Origin: Callorhinchus milii
Lineage: Eukaryota
Length of the DNA stretch: 64,000 nucleotides
Reading direction: 5' to 3'
NCBI RefSeq assembly: GCF_018977255.1
Contig: NW_024704743.1
Location: 1,798,001 to 1,862,000, forward strand
Of this stretch, positions 51,258 to 64,000 are shown piece by piece. The notes beneath the pieces were generated by a model. It was not told where the DNA came from. It searched no databases and saw only the letters and a list, made by a program, of their open reading frames with translations. The position numbers and the translations under genes were made by a program. How positions within the stretch are numbered: the stretch's first letter is position 1; every line of letters begins with the position of its first letter.

Positions 51258-51670
51258 CCAAAAACGAGATCCTGGTGAACGGATTTGAGTTTTTCAGACC
51301 CTCCTTTCGTCACATCCTAAAATACATTTACCCAAAGTGATTAACTGTGCACCGTACGGCATAATGAATACATTACAACCACTGCTTTAAGTCATATCAA
51401 ACAGTTCAGCGCTCAATGTCTGTTAAAAGTGTATTCTTTAAATGATAATTAGCTCTGATAGTTACTTGGCCGGGCAGNTTTTTTTTGGAGTAATTTGACA
51501 AAACAAACCTTATCCTGCTTCGAATTCCTTAACCCACGTTCATTTCCCTGCTTGATCCCAATCAATTTTTCGCTAGATTCCCTTTGATTCCCTGCTTGAG
51601 CTCCAAGGTCTCTTTTGAAGGCTCCCAGACCACATACCATGTCCTATCTTATGGATAAGGTGTTGTTATT

Positions 51671-52103
51671 GGAGTCCTGTGGCTCAGGGGTTGGAGCCCT
51701 CGCCTCGCAAGTGAGAGGACCTGGGTTTGATTCCCGGGCAGGTCAGGGCGAGACATAAACATTAGGCAAATTTCCTTACCTCACGCGCCTCTGTTTACTT
51801 CGCTATAAGTATGAACCCAGTTGTTAGTCGATCGGCGGATTGGATTATTTCCCAGGGGGTAATAATCCTTCCAAATAAATCAATCTATAAATGAATCAGT
51901 AAATAGGTTTAATCTCTCAATCTACCACTGTTTGTGGGGACGCTGTCGGGCGCCATTGGCTGCTGCGTTTCGCCCACAAACTACACAGTCGTTACACTTT
52001 ACAGTATATTCTGTGAAGCGCTTTGAGACGTCTCGAAGACATGACAAGGCGCTGTATCAGTAGTATTACCAGTACTACTATTATTCTACGTTATTATTAT
52101 TAT
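51671..52103 (+). mobile_element. Same SINE family, diverged
   Basis: Head to tail. Confidence 0.85.
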
Positions 52104-52284
52104 TGCACTGATATTCACTCATATAGTGTGGTAGGTACTCTCACCTCTGGGGCAGAATATTGTAGCTTCAAGCCCCACGTCAGGACTTTGAGCTCACGGT
52201 GTGGGCTGGACTGTGCCGAGGTGATGGCTTGTGCTACTTTGTCGGAAGTGGCGTTCTTCAAACGAACGTTAAAATCCACTTGAA

Positions 52285-52540
52285 ATCAGGAAGCAGTTTT
52301 TCACCCAAAGGGTTTGTGGAAATCTAGAATTCTCTCTCTCTCTCTCCCATCTCCCAAAAGGCTGGTGGATGTTGGATCCATTCACATCTTCAAGACGGAG
52401 ATAGATAGATGTTTGTTCGGTCGAGGGTACTAAGGGATATGGGGCAAGGGCGGGGAATCGGACTTGAGGTACAGATCAACCGTGATCTTATAGAATGGCC
52501 GAACAGGCTCGAGGGGCTGAATGGCCTCCTCCTGTTTCTA
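52285..52540 (+). mobile_element. CR1 3' fragment
   Basis: ttttcacccaaagggtttgtggaaatct...ttcaagacggagatagatag...gaggggctgaatggcctcctcctg. Confidence 0.85.
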
Positions 52541-53154
52541 TCGACATGGCGTTATCAGAAAGGAGAAGGGCGTTAAATGGGTCCAATCTCAGGACCTATT
52601 GTACACGGAGACACAGTCGCGCTCTCCCAGTAGCAGAGCGAGAACGCTGAGATCTAATATTGCAAACGATTGTGAATAATGTCGCTCTTGCAAAAAAAAA
52701 AAAAACCCAAAAACAAAACAGTAATGAAAACCCAAATAATCTTATCGGTGATGGATTTCTCCACGATTAAGAAATGACTTTGGCGTAACCTGTTTATTGC
52801 ACTGGCACGCGCAGAGATTATATTAGTTTTGAGCCTCCGCAAATTGGCTTTGCACAACCTCCGCTTGTCAGTACAAACAGTTTTACACAATCGTCAGGAG
52901 ACTCCAATCCAACTGACGCAGTGGGCAAATAGACCGGCTAAGCTGTTGGTAATTAATCTCAGGGATAGTTAATTGGCTGTAGATCCACTTAATGAGAAAA
53001 TGTAATTTTGATTAAAGCCCAAACCTCGGAACAAATCTATTGAAATAGCGGGGTTGGTGGGAGCAAGGCTCGTGATTAATGCGGAACTCTCCCTCTCGCT
53101 CTCATTCTCTCTCTATCACACTCTCGTCTCTATTTCTTTCTCTCTCTTTCCCCG

Positions 53155-53198
<44 letters not shown>

Positions 53199-54696
53199 CT
53201 GATCTGCGCCGCCATCGCTGGCCGAGCTTTCAGTCGTTTTGCCCCGCTCTCCGCAGCTCTCTCCTGGAGTCCACTTGAACAGGCCGATGGGAGATTGCCA
53301 TTTAATTGGCACCTCTGGCACTGGGTCACACCCTCAGCGCTGGATTGGAACCTGAGGGGGGACTGTTAGTTCTAAGTCCCAATGTAAGGCTGTGAACCTT
53401 CTGGCTCGCGGTGGCCTCACCCTAGCCATGAGCAATAATAATGTGGTCACTCGATCACCACGGCGGTTTGTGGGACGCTGCTGTGTGCAATTGGCTGCCC
53501 CCACCCTCTGCAACTCCATCCCACAGTCCCTCCGCCTCGCCCCCCCCCTCCCTCCCTCGCCTCCTTCAAGACCCGACTCAAGACCCTGCTCTTCGACCAA
53601 CCAGTGCCTTTGGTCGCCCTCCTAACCCTCTACCCTCCCTCCCCCGCCCTCCACCCCCTCCCGATCTCAACCCCCAGCGCGGGTACAAATACCTGACCGT
53701 CCAATGCCTTGGGACGTCCTCCTGACGCGAAAGGCGAGGTGTGTAAATGTCATTTGTTATCGTGGCTGTTGTTTCGCCCACAAAATACACAGTCAATTCA
53801 CTTTGAGACATCTCGATGACATGATAAGGCGCCTGCATCAAATGCAAAGGACTATTATTATTATTATTCAAATGGTTAAAGGAAAATGCCCGAGTTTGAG
53901 CAAAGGGAGGCAAAGGGCTGTTGGGAACCAGAATGGAAAGCTGCTGGTGACCTCTGTCATTCTCTCTTGTCTTACCAACTCCCTCACCCTCTTCAGCCAG
54001 AACCTGGGTGTTGGAATATTCATGGACGGCCCAATTTCCGAGATAGTTCAGAAACGTTGAGGAGGGAGGGAGGGAGGGAGGGAGGAAAGCGACAGAAGAA
54101 AGAAACAACAATAAATTGTGTGAGTGCACACAGCGCCTTTCACATCAGGAGGATGTCCCAAGGCGCTGGACAATGAGGGGTTTGTACCCGGCCCAGCTCC
54201 AGCTCAGGTGCAGATCCCTAACCGAACAGCATCCTCTTACGTGAAAGGCGCTGTCGTTTGCTGTTGTTGTTGTTGTTGAGATCAGAGGGAGGGGTGTGGG
54301 GTTAACGCGGGGCTCTGGGAGTGGGTGTGGACTCGATCGGCCGAATGGCCTCCTTCTACGCTGTAGATTTCTACGTCGGGAGTGAGGTCAGTCCGAAAGC
54401 TGAGATTGTACGAAGGTTGAGTCCTCGTGGGGATGTGTTAGTCTCAAAGCCGTTTTGCCGCTGATAGTCGCACAGAGCCAAACAATGAGCCCAGAGAAAA
54501 AGTTTTAATCAATGGGTATCCTTGGGGGCAGTTACTCTGAGCTGACGTGTTAGACACACAGGGATGGGGAACAGAGTCAATGATCAGAGTGTGTGAATTT
54601 CACACTGAGGGTTTATTTTTTTTAAGAAAGAAACAAATTTGATCGTGAAACCTACAATCGCTGTTGAATTTCGCGCAGTAAATCACAGGATGGATG

Positions 54697-55070
54697 GAGG
54701 CCTGGAGCGCAGGGATTAGAGCCCTCGCCTCGCGAGCGAGAGGACCCGGGTTCGATTCCCAGGCAGGTCAGGGCGAGACATTGGGCAAGTTTCCTCACTC
54801 CACACACACACACACACACACACCTCTGTTTACCAGCAGTCAGCAGGAACCTGGTTGTTAGGCGATTGGCGGAGATTAACAATCCCTTCCGAAACAAATA
54901 ATAATAATAATAAATTTGGTCACTTCAACCCACGGCTGTTTGTGGGGGACGCTGCTGTGCGCAATCGGCTGCCGCGTTTCGCCCACAAAATACACAGTCA
55001 CTTCGCTTTCCAATGTATCCTGTGAAGCGCTTCGAGACGTCGTTGTTAGACGTTGTTAGATCAAATGCCA
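54697..55070 (+). mobile_element. Same SINE family
   Basis: Head to degraded tail. Confidence 0.88.
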
Positions 55071-55576
55071 TTTCTTTAGATGTTTTATGTGGAGAGCTGC
55101 AGACACGAAGACTGAGCGATTCGGAAAGAAGTACACCGGGTAGAATCTTTTATCACACAAGGCAATAATTCTCCAGTAAACTGTTCTGTGTGTCTGGAGG
55201 TCAAAGCACTAACTAGTCTCCAGCGAATTCCTGATTTATTTCCTGTCCTACACAAGCATTCCTTGGTATAATTTTCCATTGATCGCGTTAATGAATTGTG
55301 CCTTTTCCTCTCTCTCTCTCTCTCTCTCTGTCTCTGACTCTCTCTCGGTGGTGGAATGAAGCGGTTCCAGCACACAGTTTTGTTTCTTGTGCTCACACGG
55401 CATCTGGTTTGACTGTGGCCTCTCTTCTTAGACGGTCAAATTCTCTGTTCTCCGAGATACCTCAGTTAGACCTTCTACTTTTGGCCCAAGAAAGGCATCG
55501 CATCAAATCACAACAAATCTACTACGAAATCTCTCACATTCCCCCCCCCTCTCCCCTCAGCCCCCCAATAAATAGT

Positions 55577-55843
55577 GGGGTCCTGTAGCTCAGTGGTTAG
55601 AGCACTCGCCTCGCAAGCGAGAGGACCCGGGTCTGCTCACCGGCAGTCAGTAGGAACCCGGTTGTTAGTCGATTGGCGGATCGCTTTTCCACGACTGTTT
55701 GTGGGGACGCTGCCGTGCACAATTAGTTGCCGCGTTTCGCCCACAAAATATACATTCAATTCACGTTTACAGTGTATGCTTTGAGACGTCTCGAAGTCGT
55801 GTGATTAGGCGCTGTGTCAAATTCGAGGATTATTATGATGATT
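55577..55843 (+). mobile_element. Same SINE family, internally deleted
   Basis: Head, partial body, tail. Confidence 0.82.
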
Positions 55844-56970
55844 AGCGTTAAGCAAAATCCCCGTGTTATTTTTCTTCCAAAGCCGTGTAAGGATCTTAAC
55901 TTCTGACGCACAGCAACGAGCGTTTTTTTACGGATCCCCTTTCATGGCAGAGCCTTTGATAATGAATCTTCCAGCGCAGCCCTACGTTTGTGACTTCCAA
56001 AAGAGTCCTGTCGAGCTTGCTGCGAAATAACAAAAGTCATTGCAGGTGTCAAGGTTGATGGCGAATGCATTACTCGTCTAATTTGCCTAATCTAATTGGA
56101 GGTTATTGCACTCATTGCGTTTCCTATTAAAAGGCACCGGTTAAGGTTGAAAGTAACGGCATCCTGAGACACAGGGGACCTGTGGTGTATTTGGTTGGGT
56201 TCAGACAAGGTCAGCAATAAAACATGGAGACGGGCAAATTGGACTGTTTGGAGACTGCTAAAATATCACCTCTTTATATCAAACGGCGAGACAGACGGGC
56301 GCAGAACGACTGGTTAAGGCTGAACGCACGCCAACAGCTTAACTTTCTCTTCAGCCCTCGCTTTGCGTCGCGAGTGTTTTAGCCCTCGATAGTTTACCGG
56401 CCGCCCCCGATTTCGAACGGGAGGGACCGCAGGAAACCGTCGGGGCGCCAACAACTACAATTGGCGATAATAATTTTGATTCCCTTTCGATGTGGCGTCT
56501 TTCCCGCCGGGCGACATCTCAAAATGTTTCACTGGATTTACTGTAATAACAATGATAATAATAATAATAATAATCCTTTCCATTGGTGTAGCACCAAAGT
56601 CATGTCAATGGCAAGCTATGCTTTTTTTTTTAGCTGGTTACATTCCAGCAGTTACCTCTCCTCCCCCCCCCCCACCGCCCGCCCGCCCAATGCACACTCT
56701 GGGGTTTCCCCCCACACCCTCCAGAGCCTTGGCTCCTGTCAACCAGTGCTCTGGGTCGCTATCTTGCGTGAGGAGGTTGGGGGGGGGGATGGGGGAGGGG
56801 GGCAGTGTAAATGCATGTTGTTGTCGTTGTTAATATTTTCCGGAATTAGGTAAGTGAGATGCGTGGCTCCAGGGGAGAGAGTGTGTGTTGCATTCCAACA
56901 GTCTGTATTACATTATATAATATATATGTACAAAATACACAGTCAATTCACTTCACAGCGTATCCCGTGA

Positions 56971-57411
<441 letters not shown>

Positions 57412-57450
57412 TAAAAACCATCCTGTTGTGCGTTCCCTCCAGGCTATATT

Positions 57451-57860
57451 GGAGTCCCCGGAGCTCGGGGGTTAGAGCACTCGCCTCGCAAGCGAGAGGA
57501 CCCGGGTTCGATTCCCGGGCGGGTCAGGGGGAAACATTGGGCAAGTTTTCTTACCTCGCACACACCCACACACCCACACACCAATAGGAACTCTGTTTAC
57601 CAGTAGGATCCCGGTTGTTAGTCGATTGGCGGATCGATTTTCCAAGGGTAATAATCCCTTAATAAAAAATTATAATTGCAATTTGCTCGCTTCCATCCAC
57701 GGCTGTTTGTGGGGGACGCTGCTGTGCGCAATCGGCCGCCGCGTTTCGCCCACAAAACACACAGTCGATTCACTTTACAGCGTATCCCGCGAAGCGCTTT
57801 GAGACGTCTCGAAGACGTGATCAGGCGCTGTGTCAAATGCTGAGATTGTTGTTATTATTT
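57451..57860 (+). mobile_element. Same SINE family, ~80 nt downstream of DPP6 exon 2
   Basis: Head to tail. Confidence 0.9.
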
Positions 57861-58571
57861 TGGCTGTTTGTGGGACATTGCTGTGCGCGAATTGCCTACG
57901 CTGCTTGTCTTCAAAATGCACAGTAACAGTGTGAAGCACTTTGAGACAACCTCGTGACATGAAAGGGCGTTCCATCCAATGCAGGAATTATTATTTATCA
58001 TCACCCCCTGGACCTACGCATTCAATTTTCTGCAAGATTCATTCAATATATGGAGCATTGATCTCAAAATCTAATAATCCCCAAATCCCTTTAGATTGAC
58101 AAGTCCTGGTTTTCCTGTTTGAAAAAAATCCTCTGAAGATTTTTACTGTATCACCCGTGACCGGTAGATTATTCCACACATTCCACACATCAAGTCCCCA
58201 ACATCAGAAGATCGCTTCGGATTAAGAAGTCCGGTTTGGTCAATCTGTGTGTTTTTTGTTTAACAAGTGAATGACGGTATTGTGGCCTCAACCGTCCTTC
58301 CTGGCAACGTGTCCCAGGCATTAATTACAACAACAACAACTTGCATTTATACAATGTCCCTGATCGCTCTAATTACCCTCTGGGTCACTTAAAATGCTAC
58401 ACATCTCTGTATGGTGTCCACTAAAATGTCTTCTCTCGAGACTGAAGACCTCTAGCCTGTCTAATTGTCCCTCACTGTGTCCTGTGAAGCGCTTTGAGGC
58501 ATCTCGAAGACGTGATAAGGCTCTGTATCAAATGCGAGGATTATTATTATTATTATTATTATTACTACTAT

Positions 58572-58775
58572 AGGGAGGCCATTCGGCCCATCGAGTCTGC
58601 ACTGGCTCTCAGAAAAAGCTGTCTATTCAATCTATTCAATGCCCTGCTCTATCCCCATACCCCTTCTTCAAGTCGCTATCCTTCATATCCCTGTCTACGT
58701 CCCTCTTAAAAGTTACAGTAGACTCTAACTCTACCAGCAGCCTTGGCAGGGCATTCCGCGTCCCAACAACTCCCC
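58572..58775 (-). mobile_element. Degraded CR1 3' fragment
   Basis: ggaggccattcggcccatcgagtctg tail plus ggcagggcattcc coding remnant. Confidence 0.7.
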
Positions 58776-59255
58776 CCAAAATGTCACTGTTCACTTCAAC
58801 CCACGGCTGTTTGTGGGGACGCTGCTGTGTGCAGTTGGCTGCCGTGTTTCGTCCACAAAATACACAGTCACTTCACTTTGTGAAGATCTTTGAGACGTCT
58901 CGGAGACGTGATAAGGCGCTGTATCAAATGCCAGGATTCTTATTTATTATTAACTCACTGTGCGGAAAAAAAATTATTTCCTAACCTCTCGTTTACACTG
59001 CGCTCGTCTTACAACTTTGGCCCCAAGTCACTGACTCCCCTGTTCGCAGAACGGATACGATGTGAAACATGGACTCAAGATGATACCCAACAGATTGAAG
59101 GTGACATTACATTCAAAATGATACGAGGCAGATTCGATCCGACGCCCAATGCATTTGACAATCCACCCAGAATCTGCATGCTGCAACTGTGCATCCACAT
59201 TTCGCCCCCTTGTGCCTTTGAAAAGAGCTTCAAGTGCCGTTTAGTACTGACTGAT

Positions 59256-59643
59256 AAATAATAACAATCCCGGCAGTTGACACAGCGCCTGATCACGTCT
59301 TCGAGACGTCTCAAAGCGCTCCACAGGATACACCGTAAAGTGGATTGCCTGCGTATTTTCTAAGCGAAACGCGGCAGCCGACTGCGCACAGCAACGTCCC
59401 CACAGACCGTCGTGGATTGAGTGACCGAATTATTTTTATTTGTTTTGAAGTGATTATTATCCCCGGAAAAGTGATTCCCCCAATCCACTAACAACCGGGT
59501 TCCTACTGACTGCCGGTAAACAGAGGCGCGCGTGTGTGTGTGTGCGTCTGTGTGTGTGCGTCTGTGTGTGTGCGTGTGTGGAGTAAGGAAACTTGCCCAA
59601 GATTTCGCCCTGACCTGCCCGGGAATTGAACCCGGGTCCTCTC
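59256..59643 (-). mobile_element. Same SINE family, 5'-truncated
   Basis: Tail to partial head on the minus strand. Confidence 0.88.
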
Positions 59644-60867
59644 TTTAACATCGATGAAGCTCCTTAAAGACACTTAAAGAATTACTTCCCTCCAGAGCAG
59701 CAATAATCTATCTGATCTAATCCTTCGCTGGCTATTACAATCTCGCTGCGATGGCCTTTGATCGTGTAATGAAACAGTTCTACTGTTTCCCCCCCTGCTT
59801 ATGTATTCTCCGTAACAAGCTGTCTGACTTTGTTCTTGTGTCAAAAAATAATGAGTTTAGGGGGAACGAGTTTCCTTTCTGCAAACTTCCTACCTGCTTT
59901 CTGATCTTTTTAATGGCACAGCCTGACATTGTTTCCCACGCATTCTTCCCGCTCCTCGAATAATTGCATCTTTCTCTTTGAACGCTCGGCTAAGCAATGA
60001 GTTCCGATGTATGTGAAGGTTTGTACGATGGCTCGATCCTTAAGGAAGGAGCTGTGATATTTTCCAATTATTTCCACTGTCCAGCATTGATGCTAATGAG
60101 AGGTTCAGATTCACAGAGGCGGAGGCCGCGATATAAATTCCACCCAGTAATAATGTGCCGAGAGACCTCCCAAGCCCCTGGACAGTCAGGGATCCACACC
60201 CGAGCAGGGGGTTGGGATCAGGAGGGGGCGGAGGGTACTGAAGGCACAGGAGGGTCTTCAGATGGGTCTTGAAGGAGGAGGGAGGGAGGGAGGGAGGGAG
60301 TTTCCAATTTAGCTTCCAAGTCCTGACCCGGGGCTTGAACCCACAACCAAAACACCTCGGAGAGTAAATTCTCTGAGGTGCTTTGAGTCGTCCTGAAGAA
60401 CACGTGAAGAGCACTCTTTTCAAACGCAAGGATTAATATCATTACTAAACGGAACGCACAGAGGTTGTGTTTTCAATTTCAAAGTGTCGAGAGATACGCA
60501 ATGAATCTGCTATAATAACAATAATAATCCTCACACTCGACACGGCGCCTGATCACGTCTTCGAGGCGTCTCAAAGCGCTTCACAGGATACACTGTAAAG
60601 TGAATCGACTGCGTGTTTTGTGGGCGAAACTTGGCAGCCGATGGCGCACAGCAGCGTCCCCCACAAACAGCCGGGGTCGAGCGAACCGACGAGACCCACA
60701 TCTGTCTGGAATCTGAACAACTGGGTGTAAAATAACCCTTCATTTGCTTTGCGACACCAAAAGCACTTCAGCCGAGAATCCGTCTTGACACACGAAATGT
60801 TTGCAGGTATTCTCTGCCGGAATATCCCAGGTGTGATTCAAAGGCTTTCATTCGGCGATGGTCGTAA

Positions 60868-61573
60868 ACCTTGCATTTGACACAGCTCTTTATCATGTCG
60901 TTCACAGAATCTACTGTAAAGTCAATTTGTGGGCGAAACGCGGCGGCCAATTCCGCACAGCAGCGTCCCCACAAACAGCCGTGGGTTGAGTGACCAATTC
61001 TTGTTTTTGGAGGGATTTTTACCCCCAGAAAGCAATCTGCCAATTGAGTACTTACTGGTGTTTAAACAGAGGCGCGCGTGTGTGTGTGTGAGTGTGTGTG
61101 TGAGTGTGTGTGAGTGTGAGTGTGTGTGTGTGAGTGTGTGTGTGAGTGTGTGTGTGAGTGTGTGTGTGTGAGTGTGTGTGTGTGAGTGTGTGTGTGAGTG
61201 TGTGTGTGTGAGTGTGGTGTGTGTGTGTGAGTGTGTGTGTGAGTGAGTGTGTGTGTGAGTGTGTGTGTGGAGTGTGTGTGTGTGAGTGTGGTGTGTGTGA
61301 GTGTGTGTGTGTGAGTGTGTGTGTGAGTGTGTGAGTGTGTGAGTGTGTGTGTGTGAGTGTGTGTGTGAGTGTGTGAGTGTGTGGTGTGTGGTGTGTGTGA
61401 GTGTGGTGTGTGTGAGTGTGTGTGTGTGTGTGTGAGTGTGTGAGTGTGTGTGTGTGTGTGAGTGTGTGTGTGAGTGTGTGGAGGTGTGTGGAGTAAGCAA
61501 ACTTGCCCAACGTTTCACCCTGCCCGGGAATCGAACCCGGGTCCTCTCGCTCACCACTGAGCTACAGGACTCC
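60868..61573 (-). mobile_element. Same SINE family with a greatly expanded internal CA-rich microsatellite
   Basis: Body 60868-61077, TG/GAGTGT tract ~61078-61490, head 61491-61573. Confidence 0.88.
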
Positions 61574-62126
61574 AGCACAAAGGTGTCAGTTTGGCTCAGT
61601 TGATAGCACTCCCCCCGCTTCTGGCTCAGAAGGTTGTGGGTTCAAGCCCCAGATCAGGGGCCGGACTTTTTTATTTCGAAATGGACAGAAAAACGCAGCG
61701 CCGTTGGTAACGGATTTAATGTGGTCATTGTTATGTTTTTGTTATCCCCTCCACTCACTCTTTGGAGATTGCTTCCTGGATATAATAATGTAATAATAAT
61801 CCAAATGCTTATATTTGGCCGAGGGGTTATATTTCACACATTGGGAGGGCGTCGCAACATATTTGGCCCACCAAATATACAGTCACTACGCTTCACAGTG
61901 TGTCCTGTGCAGCGCTTTGAGAGTCTCAAAGACGTGATCAGGCGCCGTGTCAAATGCCGGGATTATTATTATTGTTTTTATTACTGTAAAGTATAAACGA
62001 ACGTGTGTTTTGTGGGCAAACTATTTGCGCCCAGCAATGTAACCTGCGAACATCGACGGGGACATCAATAATCTCCTCGGCCGCTGATGGTTAGAAACTT
62101 TCTAACTTTGTCCCTTGTCCTCGCAG

Positions 62127-62222
62127 TGGAAGACGACAGCCCGGCCAAGGACAAGGTGACCATTGCCGACCTCTTCAGCAAAGAATTCCAGATTCACGAC
62201 GTGGAGGCAAGATGGATAAACA
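62127..62222 (+). CDS. DPP6: DPP6 exon 3 ((V)EDDSPAKDKVTIADLFSKEFQIHDVEARWIN)
   Basis: Branch-point-like TCTAAC at 62101, pyrimidine tract, tcgcag| acceptor, ACA|gtgagt donor; 96 nt, phase 1-1. Similar to mammalian [33 protein letters not shown]. Not in the ORF track on this strand. Confidence 0.95.
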
Positions 62223-62634
62223 GTGAGTGTCTCCGGGAAGTCACTTGTGGGTGGGAGTGAGTCCAGTCGACCATATAGTTTGGTCGTAACACAACAGATC
62301 CCTTTTAAACCCCCACCAACCTGCACGCTCCCTCCTGACGTGAAAGGCTCTGGGCACATGTAACGTGTTGTTGTTGTTGTTGATCAGTTAATCCAGGCAA
62401 GCTTCCCGTATCCCTGCCCTCTCTGCACCGCCTTGTCGAGACGTCTCAAAGCGCTTCACAGCGTGCGCTGGAAAGTGGAGTGACTGTATAATTGTGGGGA
62501 CCCTCTGCCTTTTTAGCGGAACAAACGTACGAGTGCGGAGAGGAGCTTTGGAGACGTGCGGTGGTTTGAAACGCAGCTGCCAATATTTCTTAGATTATCT
62601 TGTTACCAAACTGATTACCCCCCCACCCCACCCA

Positions 62635-62667
<33 letters not shown>

Positions 62668-64000
62668 GGGCTTGCAGCTAAAAATGCCACATCTTGTTAA
62701 CCAGAAATATTAAGAAATGTCTTACTGTGTTTACTGACGGATCGTTGCAACAGACAGAGCGGGTAATTTGGTTGACGTATCGCAATCGTAGGGAATAATT
62801 CCACCAGCACAACTGTGGGAATACGGATAGTTTGTGGTTTGCAATCGTGTAATAATAATAATAATAATCCTTGCATTTGATATAGCGCCTTATATATGGG
62901 GGGTGGGATCAGGAGGGGGTGAAGGGCGGTGAGGGGAGGGGGTAGGATGGTGACCGAAGGCGCGTGTCGAAAAGGTGGGTCTTGAGGACGGGTCTTGAAG
63001 GAGGCGAGGGAGTGGGAGGGGGCGAGGCGGAGGGACTGCGGGATGGAGTTCCAGAGGGTGGGGGCAGAGTGGCTGAATGGCGAGGCGGGGGGGACGTGAA
63101 GCAGGCCGGAGCCCGCTGAGCGGAGGGAGCGGGCGGGTTGATCGGGGGCTCGGAGGTCACAGAGGTAGGGAGGAGCGAGGCCGTGGAGGGCTTTGAAGAA
63201 GAGGACTGTTTTTTCTCTCTCTCATTTTGATGGAGCTTTCTTTTCTGTTGCTAACGGTTACGGTTCACTTAACCTGTGTGACGGTAGCGTGTGGTTTAAC
63301 GCCGCGTGCAGCATCTCCAAAGCCCCGTTTGCTGGGAGAGGGCGTGAGGGGAATAGATAAACAGGGCATTGTGGTGTCCCAGAGAGGAGGTGGAGGAGAC
63401 TTGACAATAGTTTGTTAATAATGAGCTTTAAATGTAATAAATGTATTCATGAGCTCGAAGCTCACAGTCGAGAAAGAATGAGTTCAGTCCCATCGCCATT
63501 TACATAGGGACGTACCAGATCACATATTAAAACCAAGCAGCTAATAATGCTGGGTAGATTATGATAATAATCGTCAAAAGATTATTATTTAACAGCAGCA
63601 TTGAACTCACAAATGTTTTTCTAATAACACTGCAAGTGCAGCCCTGGGGGCAATCGGGTGCTGCGTTTCGGCCGCAACATACGCAGTCACTACACTCTAC
63701 AGTGTATCCTGTGAAGCGCTTTGAGACGTCTCGAAGACGTGATGAGGCGCTGCGTCAAATGGAACGGTCAGTAATATTATTATCGTTTGCCAAGCACTTT
63801 GGGACATCCTCCTGACGTGAAAGGTGCAATAAAAGTGTAAATTCTATTGCATTATATATATAAAAAAAACTCTCCCTCGACGTATGGTTGTTTTTTTTGG
63901 GGGGAAGGGGTGGGGGAGGGAGGTGGGGGGAGCTATGTGTATAAATGTCTGCCGCCTTGAATTCCTGTGAGACGGCTTGAGATGTGATGACGTGATAAGG

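Noticed and set aside
51478..51478. Single N base
   Set aside because: Assembly ambiguity next to a T homopolymer; not biological.
55087..55143. Short ORF MWRAADTKTERFGKKYTG upstream of exon 2
   Set aside because: No phase-0 donor; ends in a stop codon.

Overview
Vertebrate, repeat-rich, mostly intronic DNA. The repeat content (HER1/HE1-like CR1 3' tails, SacSINE1/Deu-domain-like SINEs, L2 LINEs) suggests a cartilaginous fish, plausibly a holocephalan; this is inference. The window covers the 5' part of DPP6 (DPPX, Kv4 channel auxiliary subunit) on the + strand. Three coding exons are recognisable: the DPP6-S alternative first exon (29411-29467, MTTAKDGSSQGKSGQQQEQ), exon 2 (57256-57370, transmembrane anchor) and exon 3 (62127-62222). 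The rest is dominated by a young tRNA-Ala-headed SINE with an L2-type tail (about 27 near-complete copies plus many fragments). Also present: an older SacSINE1-like SINE, two ~1.3-1.6 kb L2 RT fragments in inverted orientation, many L2 3'-end fragments, CR1 fragments and long microsatellite blocks. Nearly all ORFs in the supplied track are repeat artefacts. I found no convincing new protein-coding system. The best leads are a candidate extra DPP6 first exon (MEGVKKLWK), a near-consensus REST/RE1 site, reciprocal SINE/L2 tail chimeras, L2-derived foldback hairpins and an unidentified structured repeat family. Repeat boundaries are approximate (read by eye).
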